Positions 63,185 through 64,000 of a DNA stretch of 64,000 nt are shown here, one piece after another. Source of the DNA: Oikopleura dioica (lineage: Eukaryota > Animalia > Chordata); contig OU015567.1 of assembly GCA_907165135.1 (NCBI GenBank), positions 2,480,001 through 2,544,000 on the forward strand, in the 5' to 3' direction. Positions within the stretch are counted from its first letter, which is position 1. Every line of letters starts with the position of its first letter. The position numbers and the translations under genes are program-made. The notes under the pieces are model-generated. The model ran no database searches, was not told the DNA's origin, and saw only the letters and a program-made list of their open reading frames with translations.

Positions 63185-63335
63185 GTTTTCAATCTCTGCC
63201 TTCATTCGAAATTGTCCACTCTAGGTGAGAGACTGTTTTTCCTGTTTTTGAACTTTCATTTAAAATCTGTACTTAGGGCTGACGAAGGTCCACTGAGACC
63301 GAAACGCGTCCCAAAAATAAATTTCAATCATCATA
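63185..63335 (+). mobile_element. Diverged solo/partial Penelope pLTR
   Basis: Aligns with 49520-49684 (ttcgaaattgtcca.ctctaggtgagag ... atctgtact.aggg.ctga.gaagg ... gaaacgcgt ... aaataaatt). Confidence 0.8.
63276..63312 (+). ncRNA. Hammerhead ribozyme variant in the solo pLTR
   Basis: ggg CTGACGA a ggtc cactga gacc GAAA cgcg TC cc: stem II differs in sequence but still pairs, GUC triplet, weak stem I. Confidence 0.65.
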
Positions 63336-64000
63336 TTTTTTTTAATCTCAAAATTTTTCAACTAAGAAATTATTTTTTCTTTTTATATTGAAAGAAAAAA
63401 TTAACACTTTATTTTGTAATCAACAATTTTTAAATCATCGATAAAATTATCTTACCGGTGATGCAATGAATAAAGGAAGAAAAAAGACAAAACTTTTCAT
63501 AATTTCTTTGTTTTTTTTCAATTCTTATGTGGGAAACTCGATTACGCCAATTCAAGTAAGCGAGTGCCTTAAATATATCGAAAGCGTCAAATATACATGT
63601 CCGCAAAGTGGCGCTAAAGAACGTCGGCGTGCATTATCCACGTTATCGCTTTTCTGCCAGAAAATAACAAAGAAGAATATTCAACTATATTTCTTGGTAA
63701 AAGTGACAGACAACGGGGGAAAAGAAACAGCGTATTTTTACAGTGAATAAATAAAAATTTCAAGATATAAAAAGTGTTTGTTCGTCGATTTTCGGCTCTC
63801 CAAAGTTGCTCTGAGCTCTGAAAACCGGGTCGACTCGAGAAATTGACAGCTCAGTAATATTTTGAACAGAAATGAGATGTCGCATAATCCCGGTCAAGAA
63901 TTTTGCAGAATGATGAACTTGAGTTGGCGATAATTGCGCGCGTTTCAAAACGAACGATTCCGCAGTTTTTGAAGAAATTGAGAAAGAAAGAGTACTGCAC

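Noticed and set aside
63760-64000. Minus-strand ORF at the window edge
   Set aside because: It may be the 3' end of a gene outside the window, but the frame and product cannot be established here.

Overview
Eukaryotic genomic DNA, most likely from the appendicularian tunicate Oikopleura dioica or a close relative. This is an inference from the compact genes, many 40-70 nt introns and several GA-AG/GC-AG introns that are needed to keep conserved proteins in frame. The ORF track fragments most genes because they are spliced, so exon structures were rebuilt by hand. Genes: three members of a secreted Cys-rich/kelch-like family (two truncated and fused tail-to-tail), PDIA4/ERp72, a Rab34/36-like GTPase, a very large secreted sulfatase, an interrupted mucin/C-type-lectin gene, a 67-aa neuropeptide-like precursor missed by the ORF track, LARP6, three identical tRNA-Gly(GCC), an EF-hand-like gene, an SLC22 transporter, an intronless cytochrome P450 and a second small secreted protein. 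Mobile and repeat content: a 5'-truncated Penelope-like element whose inverted pseudo-LTRs carry minimal hammerhead ribozymes, a short intron and a candidate pseudoknot; a diverged solo pLTR; two hAT-type non-autonomous elements with 8-bp TSDs, one carrying about 41 copies of a 56-bp hairpin satellite; MULE/foldback, Tc1-like and TTAA-flanked MITEs; a locally clustered nested-palindrome family; and a decayed island of intronless ORFs of unknown origin. No CRISPR array and no rRNA were found.
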